Assembly (NCBI GenBank): GCA_031255055.1
Contig: JAIRTG010000125.1
Span: 1 to 28,187 of the forward strand
DNA from: Prevotellaceae bacterium
Lineage (GTDB): Bacteria > Bacteroidota > Bacteroidia > Bacteroidales > Paludibacteraceae
Length of the DNA stretch: 28,187 nucleotides
Direction: 5' to 3'
Shown here: positions 19,468 through 27,763 of the stretch, piece after piece
Numbering within the stretch: position 1 is the stretch's first letter
Layout: each line of letters opens with the position of its first letter
Translations under genes and position numbers: made by a program
Notes under the pieces: model-generated
What the model was told of the DNA's origin: nothing
Databases searched by the model: none
The model's input: the letters and a program-made list of their open reading frames with translations, nothing else

Positions 19468-22400
19468 ATGAAAAGAATATTTTTATTATTAACAATCATC
19501 GTCTGCTTTTTTACGATCAACAAAGCAACGGCGCAACAACCGATAACGAGCGGTACAACCGGAGATTGTCAGTGGATGATCAACCTTCTTCCCACCGGTG
19601 ACTATCAGCTTGAAATCGTCTCCCTTTATGGGATCGAAGTCCTGATGGCGGATTACAATGATACCGACAACCTCGCCCCATGGTACACTTACAAGGGCTA
19701 CATTAAATCCCTGAAAATGTCCAACGTAATGAACATTGGAAATTTTGCTTTTGCCAATTGCACCGGCTTAACATCGGTCACCATCCCCCCTTCGGTGATA
19801 ACGATTGGAGAGCATGCTTTTGCCAATTGCACCGGCTTAGGAACGCTCACATTCGGAAATCTCGGCCGTTCGATAGCGATCATTGGAGACAAGGCTTTTT
19901 ACAGAACCGCCTTAACGTCGGTATCGATCGCAGATGAAACAACACTTGGAAACGCGGTTTTTGCCGATTGCCCCAACTTAACGAAAATTGAAGTTCTTTC
20001 TTCCAATCCCCAATACTCCGTTCAGGACGGCATACTGTTTAATAAACTAAAGGATACCCTGTTGCAATATCCCGCCGGTAAAACGACCACCGGTTATACC
20101 ATTCCCCTCAACGTGGCGACAATTGCAAACAGCGCTTTTGAAGGTAGCCGTCATTTAACATCGATCACGCTCGACGGAGTAATGACCATTGAAGAGGCGG
20201 CTTTTCGCAATTGCGACCACCTTACATCGCTCATCATCCCCGCTTTGGTAACGACGATTGGAGATCATGCTTTTGAAAATTGCTCCGACATAAAATCGAT
20301 AACCCTCAAGCCGACAATTCCTCCGGAGCTAGGTGTGGATGCTTTCAAGAATGTGTCTGCTGACGTGTTTGTTCACTGCAACACGGAATTCACCTATAAA
20401 GCAGCTCCGGGATGGAACAACCTCGGCGACAACCTCCCCTACATTGCGGATCCCTTCTATAAGATTACATTGAAAAGTTTCAACGACGACAATATGGAAT
20501 ATGGAAGAGTATTCGTGACATCAAGAGAGTACATCTGTTTGACCGCTCAGATCACCATTAAGGCAGAACCCAACGAGGGTTATGAATTTGCCGGGTGGAC
20601 AGACGACCTAACGGGGAGCGCGGAACGCACAGTGACGATCTCCGATAATGCGGTTTATCAGGCCATTTTTGTTAAGAAGAAGTATCTCGTAACGATAGCT
20701 TCAGCCAATACCGACATGGGACTCGTTGAAATTAAAGTCGGAGAAACCACATATCCTTCTTCCGGTAATGGTAGCGACTATGAGCAGGTATCTTTTGACA
20801 ATGGTACAGAAGTGACTGTCAGAGCAATAGCGAGATCGGGTTATAACTTTTTGTATTGGAACGACGGGAAAGACAAGCGCAACGATAAGGCAAATCCGCG
20901 CACCTTCACCATCACCAATGAGGATCTGAGTTTTATAGCCAACTTTGCGGATGGCGTTTATGTAATATCGGCATCTCAAGAGCTTTCGGGTCAGAACGAC
21001 TGGGGAACCGCTACCGTTGACGGAGTAGATGAAAAGAGTTATCGTTATGAGGAGAAAGCTACCCTTGAGGCGTTCCCCGCCTGGGACAAACTGTTTGTTG
21101 ATTGGGATGACGGCTCGCCGTATAATCCGCATGAAGTGACGGTCACAAGATCGCACCACTATACCGCCAATTTTGAACACCGCCGCTTTAAGATAAGGCT
21201 CAAGCTGAAAGAGGGTTGCGAGGGCATGGGAACGTTCTCCTCTTATAGTAATTCTTACGAGACAGACACAGACGGGGCGTATGTGTTTGTTTATTCGAGC
21301 GAAAGTTTTGGGTTTGAGGCGACAGCCACGGAAGGTAGTCGCTTTGTAAGATGGATAGAAATTGATGAGATACCTGCGCTGGCAGGACACGAATCATTCA
21401 AAGGCAAATCCGGGGATTCCGCATTAGAGAACATTCCTATGGATTCGATACTATTTGCGACATATCCGACGCTGACTTTTACGGCCGAGTTTCAGTCGGA
21501 TCACAATGTATACACCTACCAATTGAAAGGGCAAGAGGATCGGGGAGACGTTACGGTTATGAACAAAGAGACGGGAAAAGAACAAAATATCTTTGTACAC
21601 GGTGGGACGGCTCTAATTTTAGCGAAGCCCTCCGGCGGTTATAAGTTTATGCGATGGAATGACGGTAATCCGGGCGGCGTTCCTCCGCACGATCTGGGCA
21701 TTCAGCGCGATGTTATAGTCACGCGGGATACGTCTTTTCTTGCCCGCTTTGCGGCAGAGAACGCAGAACTCCATTGGCTGGAGTTCACGCCGAAGATTGT
21801 CGCTGGGGGAATCTATAGCACAGGTGGGGGAACCTTTAGAGGTGCAAATGGGGATATTACGGATCCGGAGGATATATATTGCGGTACGGGAATGTATGCG
21901 GAAGGGGAAGAGTTTTGGATTTTAGCAAACCCCGACCAAGGTAATAAATTTGTGCGATGGAACGAAGACGGCAATCTAGAAGAAGATCGTTATATTCGCG
22001 CGGGATACGATGACCAATGGAATAAGACGAGTAGTGCGTATTATACGGCCATATTTGTGGAGAACAATGTTAGTACCTGTATGATAAAGACCCCGACGAA
22101 GAAAATAGGGAACACGGATGAACTGGAATGGGGAACGATTACCGGCGGCGGACGGTATGCGGTGGGTGAGACAGTTAAGCTGGAGGCAAAGCCCGTCTAT
22201 GCTGGTGATATCTTTGTGGGATGGGACGACGACAACGACAACAAAATCAACAACACCGACAACCCGCGTACATTTGTGATTAGCGCTGACATGGGGGGAA
22301 AGGAAAAAACGTATACGGCCGTGTTTGCCAATCAGATTCGCGTAGCGCTCTATCCGGGGGATTTTGCTACCGGCAAATATTGTCACCAAGAGGATGAATA

Positions 22401-24375
22401 CATTGATACCGAACAATATTGTGAATATGGAGACGTTGTCGTCGAGGTCGGCGGAGGCATCGCACCACCGAATGAATTTTATCCCTACGGGACGGTGCTG
22501 AAGATTAAGCCGAATCCCAGCCACCCCAGTTGTAATTTTGTGCAATGGAGCGACGGCAATAAGGATAATCCGCGCACGGTTACCATCACGCAGGATACGC
22601 TTTTTGTGGCGCAGTTTGAGCAGATCAAACATACAATAACTCTTAACGCAAACGATCCAACGCTGGGAACCGTTGGCATTATAAGAGCAACCAATGGGGG
22701 GGGGCCGGATGACAACTACGTTGTAGGAGCATCCTCTTATGAGGTTCTCTACGGGGATTTGATAAGTATTGTTGCCGATGCACTCGGCAATCGATTTGTG
22801 CGTTGGGAAGACAACGTCAACGGCAACGTAACGGGCGACGCCGACAACACGTCGCCGATACGCAAGATTAAGGTCGATAAGGATATCACTTTTAAGGCAG
22901 TGTTTGCTAAGGAAAGTTATACCGTAACGGTCGCATCAAATAATGCAGTCTGGGGAAGCGCCTACTTTCCCGAGTGCGGCGTCGCCTGCACAGAAATGAC
23001 TTGTGCCACCGGCGAGGATGTTAAAGTTGCGACACTACCCAAGGAAGGTTATGCATTTCGGCTATGGTGGGAAGGAACAGTGGGGGATAAGAACAACAGC
23101 ATCGAAAGGTGCATGACGGGGGACTGTGTGATTACTGTCGATCATAGCATGACTTTGTGGGCGGAGTTTCAGCCGCAAGCGCAAGAACATGAACTCAAGA
23201 TCCGCTCAACCTTTGGAAGCATTGTCGTAACCTCCGACGGAAAAACATTAAACCCATCAAAAGAAGGAGAGGTATATAAATATAACATTCTCCACGGCAC
23301 GGAGATTCAGATGCAGGTAACGGGCATGGAGGATCTCCCCTTTAAGTGTGAGGGATGGGACGACAACGGAGACGGCCTTGTCGATAACTCGAATAACCCG
23401 CGCAAGATGATCGTCAATCGGTCGATGACCGTTGAGGCCATATTTCCCGTATATACGCTGGAGGTAATATCAAACAATCCCAATTGGGGCTGGGTCTCCC
23501 TCACGCCCGAAGGCCCTTACAAACACGGTACGAAGGTTGAGATGGTGGCTAACGCCATCGGCGGTTATCACCTTAGCGAATGGAGTGACACCAAAACCAA
23601 CGAGACTCCACGCACGATTACTATGACAAAAAATGAAAAGATCAATGCCACTTTTGCGAGCAATACAGCTCTGATCTATAAGTTGAAGGTCGAATCGGAT
23701 CATCCTGAATGGGGCACGGTCGGCATCAACCCCCAAAACCCTTTATACCACTATGAGGAGCAGGTTGTGCTTACGCCGACGGCCAAGGATGGCTATCGCT
23801 TTTTGAGATGGCTCGGCGATACCGGCGATACACAGAATCCGCGCCCGGTTAGCGTACAAGGGAATATGGCTTTTACGGCCAGTTTTATTGTGGATACGGA
23901 GCCAACTTATCTGATAGTCGCAAGACCTAACAATGCCGCTCGTGGAATCGTTGACGGAGGAGGAACGTATTACGCAGATACGCAGGTAGAGCTTAGGGCT
24001 ACTCCTTTTCCCGGTTATTACTTCAGTCGATGGACGGATAACAACAAGGATATGTCGCGCCGGATTACCGTAAGCAGAGATATGACTTATATTGCCGTCT
24101 TTGAGGAAGGGGAGGGCGATACGCCGGAGAACCCGATACCGTTCGACCCGACGGTGGTTGTCTATCCCAATCCGGTGCGGGATGTATTGTATATTCGGTC
24201 GGCCGCAGCGGTAGAACAGGTAGTCATCCTTACTCTGAGCGGTCAACTGGTGAAGCAGATCGCCTCGCCCACCGACAAGGAAATCGACGTAAGAGATTTG
24301 GCAAAGGGTGTGTATCTTGTCAGGGTAAAGACGGCAATCGATGAAACAATGCTGAAGATAGTGATTAGCGATTAA
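19468..24375 (+). CDS. T9SS-secreted BspA-like surface protein: signal peptide, ~7-8 LRR_5 (TpLRR) units, ~14 divergent InlB B-repeat-like domains, T9SS CTD
   Basis: Sec signal MKRIFLLLTIIVCFFTINKATA; IGxxAFxNCxxLTSVTIP repeats; 14 repeats of AxPxxGYxFxxWxD...NPRxxTxxxDxxxxAxF; C-terminal VYPNPVRDVLYI...G.LV...IDVRDLAKGVYLVRV...KIVI typical of type-A T9SS CTDs. Confidence 0.88.
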   Translation: MKRIFLLLTIIVCFFTINKATAQQPITSGTTGDCQWMINLLPTGDYQLEIVSLYGIEVLMADYNDTDNLAPWYTYKGYIKSLKMSNVMNIGNFAFANCTGLTSVTIPPSVITIGEHAFANCTGLGTLTFGNLGRSIAIIGDKAFYRTALTSVSIADETTLGNAVFADCPNLTKIEVLSSNPQYSVQDGILFNKLKDTLLQYPAGKTTTGYTIPLNVATIANSAFEGSRHLTSITLDGVMTIEEAAFRNCDHLTSLIIPALVTTIGDHAFENCSDIKSITLKPTIPPELGVDAFKNVSADVFVHCNTEFTYKAAPGWNNLGDNLPYIADPFYKITLKSFNDDNMEYGRVFVTSREYICLTAQITIKAEPNEGYEFAGWTDDLTGSAERTVTISDNAVYQAIFVKKKYLVTIASANTDMGLVEIKVGETTYPSSGNGSDYEQVSFDNGTEVTVRAIARSGYNFLYWNDGKDKRNDKANPRTFTITNEDLSFIANFADGVYVISASQELSGQNDWGTATVDGVDEKSYRYEEKATLEAFPAWDKLFVDWDDGSPYNPHEVTVTRSHHYTANFEHRRFKIRLKLKEGCEGMGTFSSYSNSYETDTDGAYVFVYSSESFGFEATATEGSRFVRWIEIDEIPALAGHESFKGKSGDSALENIPMDSILFATYPTLTFTAEFQSDHNVYTYQLKGQEDRGDVTVMNKETGKEQNIFVHGGTALILAKPSGGYKFMRWNDGNPGGVPPHDLGIQRDVIVTRDTSFLARFAAENAELHWLEFTPKIVAGGIYSTGGGTFRGANGDITDPEDIYCGTGMYAEGEEFWILANPDQGNKFVRWNEDGNLEEDRYIRAGYDDQWNKTSSAYYTAIFVENNVSTCMIKTPTKKIGNTDELEWGTITGGGRYAVGETVKLEAKPVYAGDIFVGWDDDNDNKINNTDNPRTFVISADMGGKEKTYTAVFANQIRVALYPGDFATGKYCHQEDEYIDTEQYCEYGDVVVEVGGGIAPPNEFYPYGTVLKIKPNPSHPSCNFVQWSDGNKDNPRTVTITQDTLFVAQFEQIKHTITLNANDPTLGTVGIIRATNGGGPDDNYVVGASSYEVLYGDLISIVADALGNRFVRWEDNVNGNVTGDADNTSPIRKIKVDKDITFKAVFAKESYTVTVASNNAVWGSAYFPECGVACTEMTCATGEDVKVATLPKEGYAFRLWWEGTVGDKNNSIERCMTGDCVITVDHSMTLWAEFQPQAQEHELKIRSTFGSIVVTSDGKTLNPSKEGEVYKYNILHGTEIQMQVTGMEDLPFKCEGWDDNGDGLVDNSNNPRKMIVNRSMTVEAIFPVYTLEVISNNPNWGWVSLTPEGPYKHGTKVEMVANAIGGYHLSEWSDTKTNETPRTITMTKNEKINATFASNTALIYKLKVESDHPEWGTVGINPQNPLYHYEEQVVLTPTAKDGYRFLRWLGDTGDTQNPRPVSVQGNMAFTASFIVDTEPTYLIVARPNNAARGIVDGGGTYYADTQVELRATPFPGYYFSRWTDNNKDMSRRITVSRDMTYIAVFEEGEGDTPENPIPFDPTVVVYPNPVRDVLYIRSAAAVEQVVILTLSGQLVKQIASPTDKEIDVRDLAKGVYLVRVKTAIDETMLKIVISD

Positions 24376-24429
24376 TGGTTAGTGATGAACGTTTGGTTGT
24401 TAGTGACGAACGTTTTGTGTTATAGTGAT

Positions 24430-24465
24430 AAGCCGGCTCTAATGATGATGGGGCCGGTTTTTTTT
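24430..24465 (+). terminator. Probable Rho-independent terminator of the T9SS cargo gene
   Basis: AAGCCGGCTC / GGGCCGGTTT stem (with G-U pairs) followed by a T8 run, ~55 bp after the stop. Confidence 0.6.
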
Positions 24466-24639
24466 GTGTCCTTTTTTGTGTCCATTGTGTGAACTGTGAT
24501 GCTCTCCTCTGCCCCTCTCTCAGAAGGAGGCTGTGTGAAAATTAAGAATTGATGTTTTTTTCCTGGTATACCTGTCTGAGAATTTTTTCAAATATGAGAT
24601 TCTCAGAGTGTCTATTTTTGTTTTGACGCAGCCTACGAA

Positions 24640-24666
24640 GGGTGGGGTGGGAGGGGTGTCGGGGGG
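24640..24666 (+). other. Canonical G-quadruplex-forming motif
   Basis: GGG-T-GGGG-T-GGG-A-GGGG-TGTC-GGGGGG: five G-runs of 3 or more, three 1-nt loops. Confidence 0.7.
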
Positions 24667-24682
24667 AGCATGGTGTGCCGGA

Positions 24683-24772
24683 CGGGGCGTTGCGGGGCAG
24701 AGCCCCGCTGAGGGGGTAGCGGAAGACCGCCAACGGCGGGCTGAAGCGAGGGGGAGACTTCCCCCCCCCCAC
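24683..24772 (-). repeat. REP-like element, copy B (GTGG head), inverted relative to copy A
   Basis: Reverse complement reads GTGG-G(n)AAGTCTCCCCCTCGCTTCAGCCCGCCGTTGGCGGTCTTCCGCTACCCCCTCAGCGGGGCTCTGCCCCGCAACGCCCCG. Confidence 0.9.
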
Positions 24773-24831
24773 TTTGTGTTTAATGGTTCGTGGTGAATGC
24801 GGTTCGTGGTGTTTATTCACGAAGAAAGGAT

Positions 24832-27306
24832 TCAGTTGGGGTCGACGTCGATGATAATCCGGATGCCTTTTAGTTTCGGCTGTCGAAGTAGGGAGTCGAT
24901 CGATTGATTGATGAATTGTTTCGCTTTTTCGGCGGGAAGATTTAATTCCAGTTTGATAAGCAGTTGTCGGATGTGCCGGTTTTGAATGCGCGGGATGAGC
25001 GGACTGTTCGGCCCTAAAAGCCGATTGCCGAAAATCTTGCGTAAATCGTCTGCTAATTGTGATGCCGCTGCTTTGCAGATATGCTCGTTGCGATGTTTGA
25101 CCGATAGCTGTATGAGCCGGTAGAATGGGGGATAGTAGAATTGCTTCCGCTCGGCGCATTGTGACTCGAACATGCCGATATAATCGGCGTTCTGCACTTG
25201 TGTGATTATTGTATGTTCGGGCTGTGAGGTCTGAAGAATGACTTGACCTCGCTTGTTTTTGCGTCCAGAACGTCCGCTTACTTGTAGAAGTAGCTGAAAA
25301 GCCCGCTCGTGCGCACGAAAGTCGGGGAAATTTAACAGATTGTCCGCATTGAGTACGCCGACCAAACTTAGATTGGTGAAATCGAACCCTTTCGATATCA
25401 TTTGTGTGCCTACGAGAATGTCGGTCTTCCGGAGCTCAAAGTCTCGAATGATTGTCTGATGTGATTTTTTGTTGCGTCCTGTGTCGAGGTCGAGCCGGGC
25501 GATGTGGGCGTCGGGAAAAAGCGTTTTTATTTCGTCTTCAATTTTTTCTGTCCCTGCGCCTTTTGCCTGAAGTGTGTTGGCGGAACATTCGGGACATGTG
25601 ATGGGAATGGTTTCGGTGTATCCGCAATAATGGCAGTTGAGGGTGTTGAAGACTTTGTGCAGGGTGAGACTTACGTCGCAGTTTTTGCATCGGAGAACGT
25701 GTCCGCATGTCCCGCACTGGATGACAGGCGCATAACCTCGCCGGTTCTGAAACAGGAGAATTTGTTCGTTGTTGGCCAGGGTCTGCGTTATTTTTTCGAT
25801 TAGTGTGTCGGAAAAATGTCCGTTCATCTGTTTTTTTCGGTAGGCTTCTTTGAGGTCGACGGTTGTGATTTCGGGTAGTTGGATGGCGGCGAAACGCTGA
25901 CGGAGTGTGACTAGACCATATTTCCCGATTTGTGTGTTGTGGTAGCTTTCGACGGAGGGGGTGGCTGTGCCGAGTAGCGTTTTGGCGCCGTGCATCGCGG
26001 CTAATACGATGGCGGCATTGCGGGCATGGTAACGGGGTGAGGGGTCGTGTTGCTTGTAGGTTGTTTCGTGTTCTTCGTCGACAATGATGAGGCCAAGCTG
26101 GTGAAATGGTAGAAAAATCGATGACCGGACGCCAATGATGATCTCGTATGATTGACGACGGAGGACGTTGTTCCAAATTTCTACGCGCTCGGCGTCGGAA
26201 AATTTTGAGTGGTAAACGCCCAGCAGGTTGCCGAATACGCGCTTCAGTCGGGAGGTGAGTTGGGTTGTGAGCGCAATTTCGGGTACCAGGTATAAAACTT
26301 GTTTGTTGTCTGAGAGCGCTTTTGTTATCAGATGAATGTATAATTCTGTTTTCCCGCTCGAGGTGACGCCGTGCAGCAGTACGACCGGATGGTGAATGAA
26401 TTGGGACTCGATGTCGTTCAGTACTTTTTTTTGGAGGGGATTCAATGTGACGGGCGGCGTTGTTTTGGAAACGGTATAGTCGAGTCGTCCGATTTCTTTC
26501 CGGGTGATTTCGAAGATGCCTTTGTTGAGCATTGTGTTGAGTACGGTGTCGGAAGTTCCCGCTTTTTCGAGCAGTTCTTTTTTTGAGACGTCTTGTTGTT
26601 TTTTCCCGGTGGTCAGGCAGTCCGACAGGTCGATATAGGTCATCAGCAGGTGGAGTTGTTTTTTTGTCCGGTTCATCGAATCGAATAGGTATTTCAGTTT
26701 TTTTTCTTCGAGCAGTTGGGGTGCGATGCGGATGCAGGTTTCGGTTTTCGGACGGTATTTTTGACTGATTTTTTCGCTGATTTCGACCATGTTTTTTTCA
26801 AAAAGCGATTTGAGCGTTGGCAGGATGTTTTTGGTTTCGATCCATTTGTTCAATTCGGCTACCGATACGATGTTTCCGTCTGAAAGCGCGTCTAAGACGA
26901 GCGTTTCTTTTTTAGAAAGGTTTTCGGTCGGCTCAAAATCGGGATTTATCCGGACTTGGGTTTCGCTTTCGAGTTTCAGTCCTGCGGGTACGGCCGCATG
27001 GTATACTTCGCCTAAAGCGGCTTGATAGTAGGTGCTTATCCACTCCCAGAATTTCAGTTGGGGTCGTCGCAGAATGGGGCGGTCGTCGAGCAGCGAAACG
27101 ATTTCTTTTATGTGGACAATGTCGGGGCGGTGGGTGTGTATCAGTCGGATGATTCCGGTGTACATCTTTGTGCCGCCGAAGGGTACAACAACCCGCATTC
27201 CGATGTGTATCTCGGAAGTCAACGGTAGGGGAACGGCGTAGGTAAAAGTCCTTTTCAACGGCAAGGGCAGGATGACTTCGATGTATTTGAACGAATGATT
27301 ATCCAC
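24832..27306 (-). CDS. priA: Primosomal protein N' (replication restart helicase)
   Basis: KYIEVILPLPL N-terminus, IGMRVVVPFG, Walker A HGVTSSGKT, LVPEIALT, DEEH, four CxxC Zn motifs, DILVGTQMISKGFDF, QVSGRSGR. Start moved from 27399 to GTG 27306 because a -7 box lies at 27336-27343. Confidence 0.96.
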   Translation of the reverse strand: MDNHSFKYIEVILPLPLKRTFTYAVPLPLTSEIHIGMRVVVPFGGTKMYTGIIRLIHTHRPDIVHIKEIVSLLDDRPILRRPQLKFWEWISTYYQAALGEVYHAAVPAGLKLESETQVRINPDFEPTENLSKKETLVLDALSDGNIVSVAELNKWIETKNILPTLKSLFEKNMVEISEKISQKYRPKTETCIRIAPQLLEEKKLKYLFDSMNRTKKQLHLLMTYIDLSDCLTTGKKQQDVSKKELLEKAGTSDTVLNTMLNKGIFEITRKEIGRLDYTVSKTTPPVTLNPLQKKVLNDIESQFIHHPVVLLHGVTSSGKTELYIHLITKALSDNKQVLYLVPEIALTTQLTSRLKRVFGNLLGVYHSKFSDAERVEIWNNVLRRQSYEIIIGVRSSIFLPFHQLGLIIVDEEHETTYKQHDPSPRYHARNAAIVLAAMHGAKTLLGTATPSVESYHNTQIGKYGLVTLRQRFAAIQLPEITTVDLKEAYRKKQMNGHFSDTLIEKITQTLANNEQILLFQNRRGYAPVIQCGTCGHVLRCKNCDVSLTLHKVFNTLNCHYCGYTETIPITCPECSANTLQAKGAGTEKIEDEIKTLFPDAHIARLDLDTGRNKKSHQTIIRDFELRKTDILVGTQMISKGFDFTNLSLVGVLNADNLLNFPDFRAHERAFQLLLQVSGRSGRKNKRGQVILQTSQPEHTIITQVQNADYIGMFESQCAERKQFYYPPFYRLIQLSVKHRNEHICKAAASQLADDLRKIFGNRLLGPNSPLIPRIQNRHIRQLLIKLELNLPAEKAKQFINQSIDSLLRQPKLKGIRIIIDVDPN

Positions 27307-27335
27307 AGGTCTAACAGTGTTAATTGTTTTTCCTA

Positions 27336-27343
27336 CAAAAGTA
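27336..27343 (-). promoter_or_regulatory. Bacteroidota -7 box TACTTTTG for priA
   Basis: Plus-strand CAAAAGTA, ~30 nt upstream of GTG 27306; no clear -33 box. Confidence 0.55.
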
Positions 27344-27530
27344 CGAAAGATAATTTGAAGTACGTCATCGGCGGTTGATATCCGCTTGGTTTTTCGCACC
27401 GAAAGTCCCGCGGTCGAAGTCCGGCCGACGAGCGAGGTGTCGGTGATGAGCGGTTTGTGTTTAGTGATGAACGGTTCGTCTGCCGCGGTCTTCAGTGAAA
27501 GAATGAGAATGAGAATGAGAAAGAGAATAA

Positions 27531-27618
27531 GTAGGGGGGGGGAAGTCTCCCCCTCGCTTCAGCCCGCTGCGCGGTCTTCCGCTACCCCCTCTGCGGGGCG
27601 CTGCCCCGCAACGCCCCG
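27531..27618 (+). repeat. REP-like element, copy C (GTAG head)
   Basis: GTAG-G(n)AAGTCTCCCCCTCGCTTCAGCCCGCTGCGCGGTCTTCCGCTACCCCCTCTGCGGGGCGCTGCCCCGCAACGCCCCG. Confidence 0.9.
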
Positions 27619-27763
27619 TAAGACAGTGTTTATAGTGATTCGTGTTTAGTGATTAGTGGTTAAATGGTGATTAAATAGTGATGCGTGTTTAGTGATTCGT
27701 GATGAAATAGTGATTCGTGATTTGTGTTTAATGATTAGCAAGTTCGCCGTGTTTGACAATTCT

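Noticed and set aside
19468-24375. Diversity-generating retroelement target
   Set aside because: No reverse transcriptase and no template/variable repeat pair with adenine-specific differences is visible.
24575-24607. 9-bp inverted repeat TCTGAGAAT/ATTCTCAGA as a priA terminator
   Set aside because: No U-tract follows on the minus strand; role unclear.
24542-25159. ORFs 24542-25159 (-) and 24608-24796 (+)
   Set aside because: Off-frame overlap with the priA 3' end plus translation of REP copy B and the G-rich tract.
2416-27649. Remaining short ORFs overlapping the dcw genes, the T9SS gene and priA
   Set aside because: Antisense or off-frame shadows of well-supported genes with no recognisable domains.
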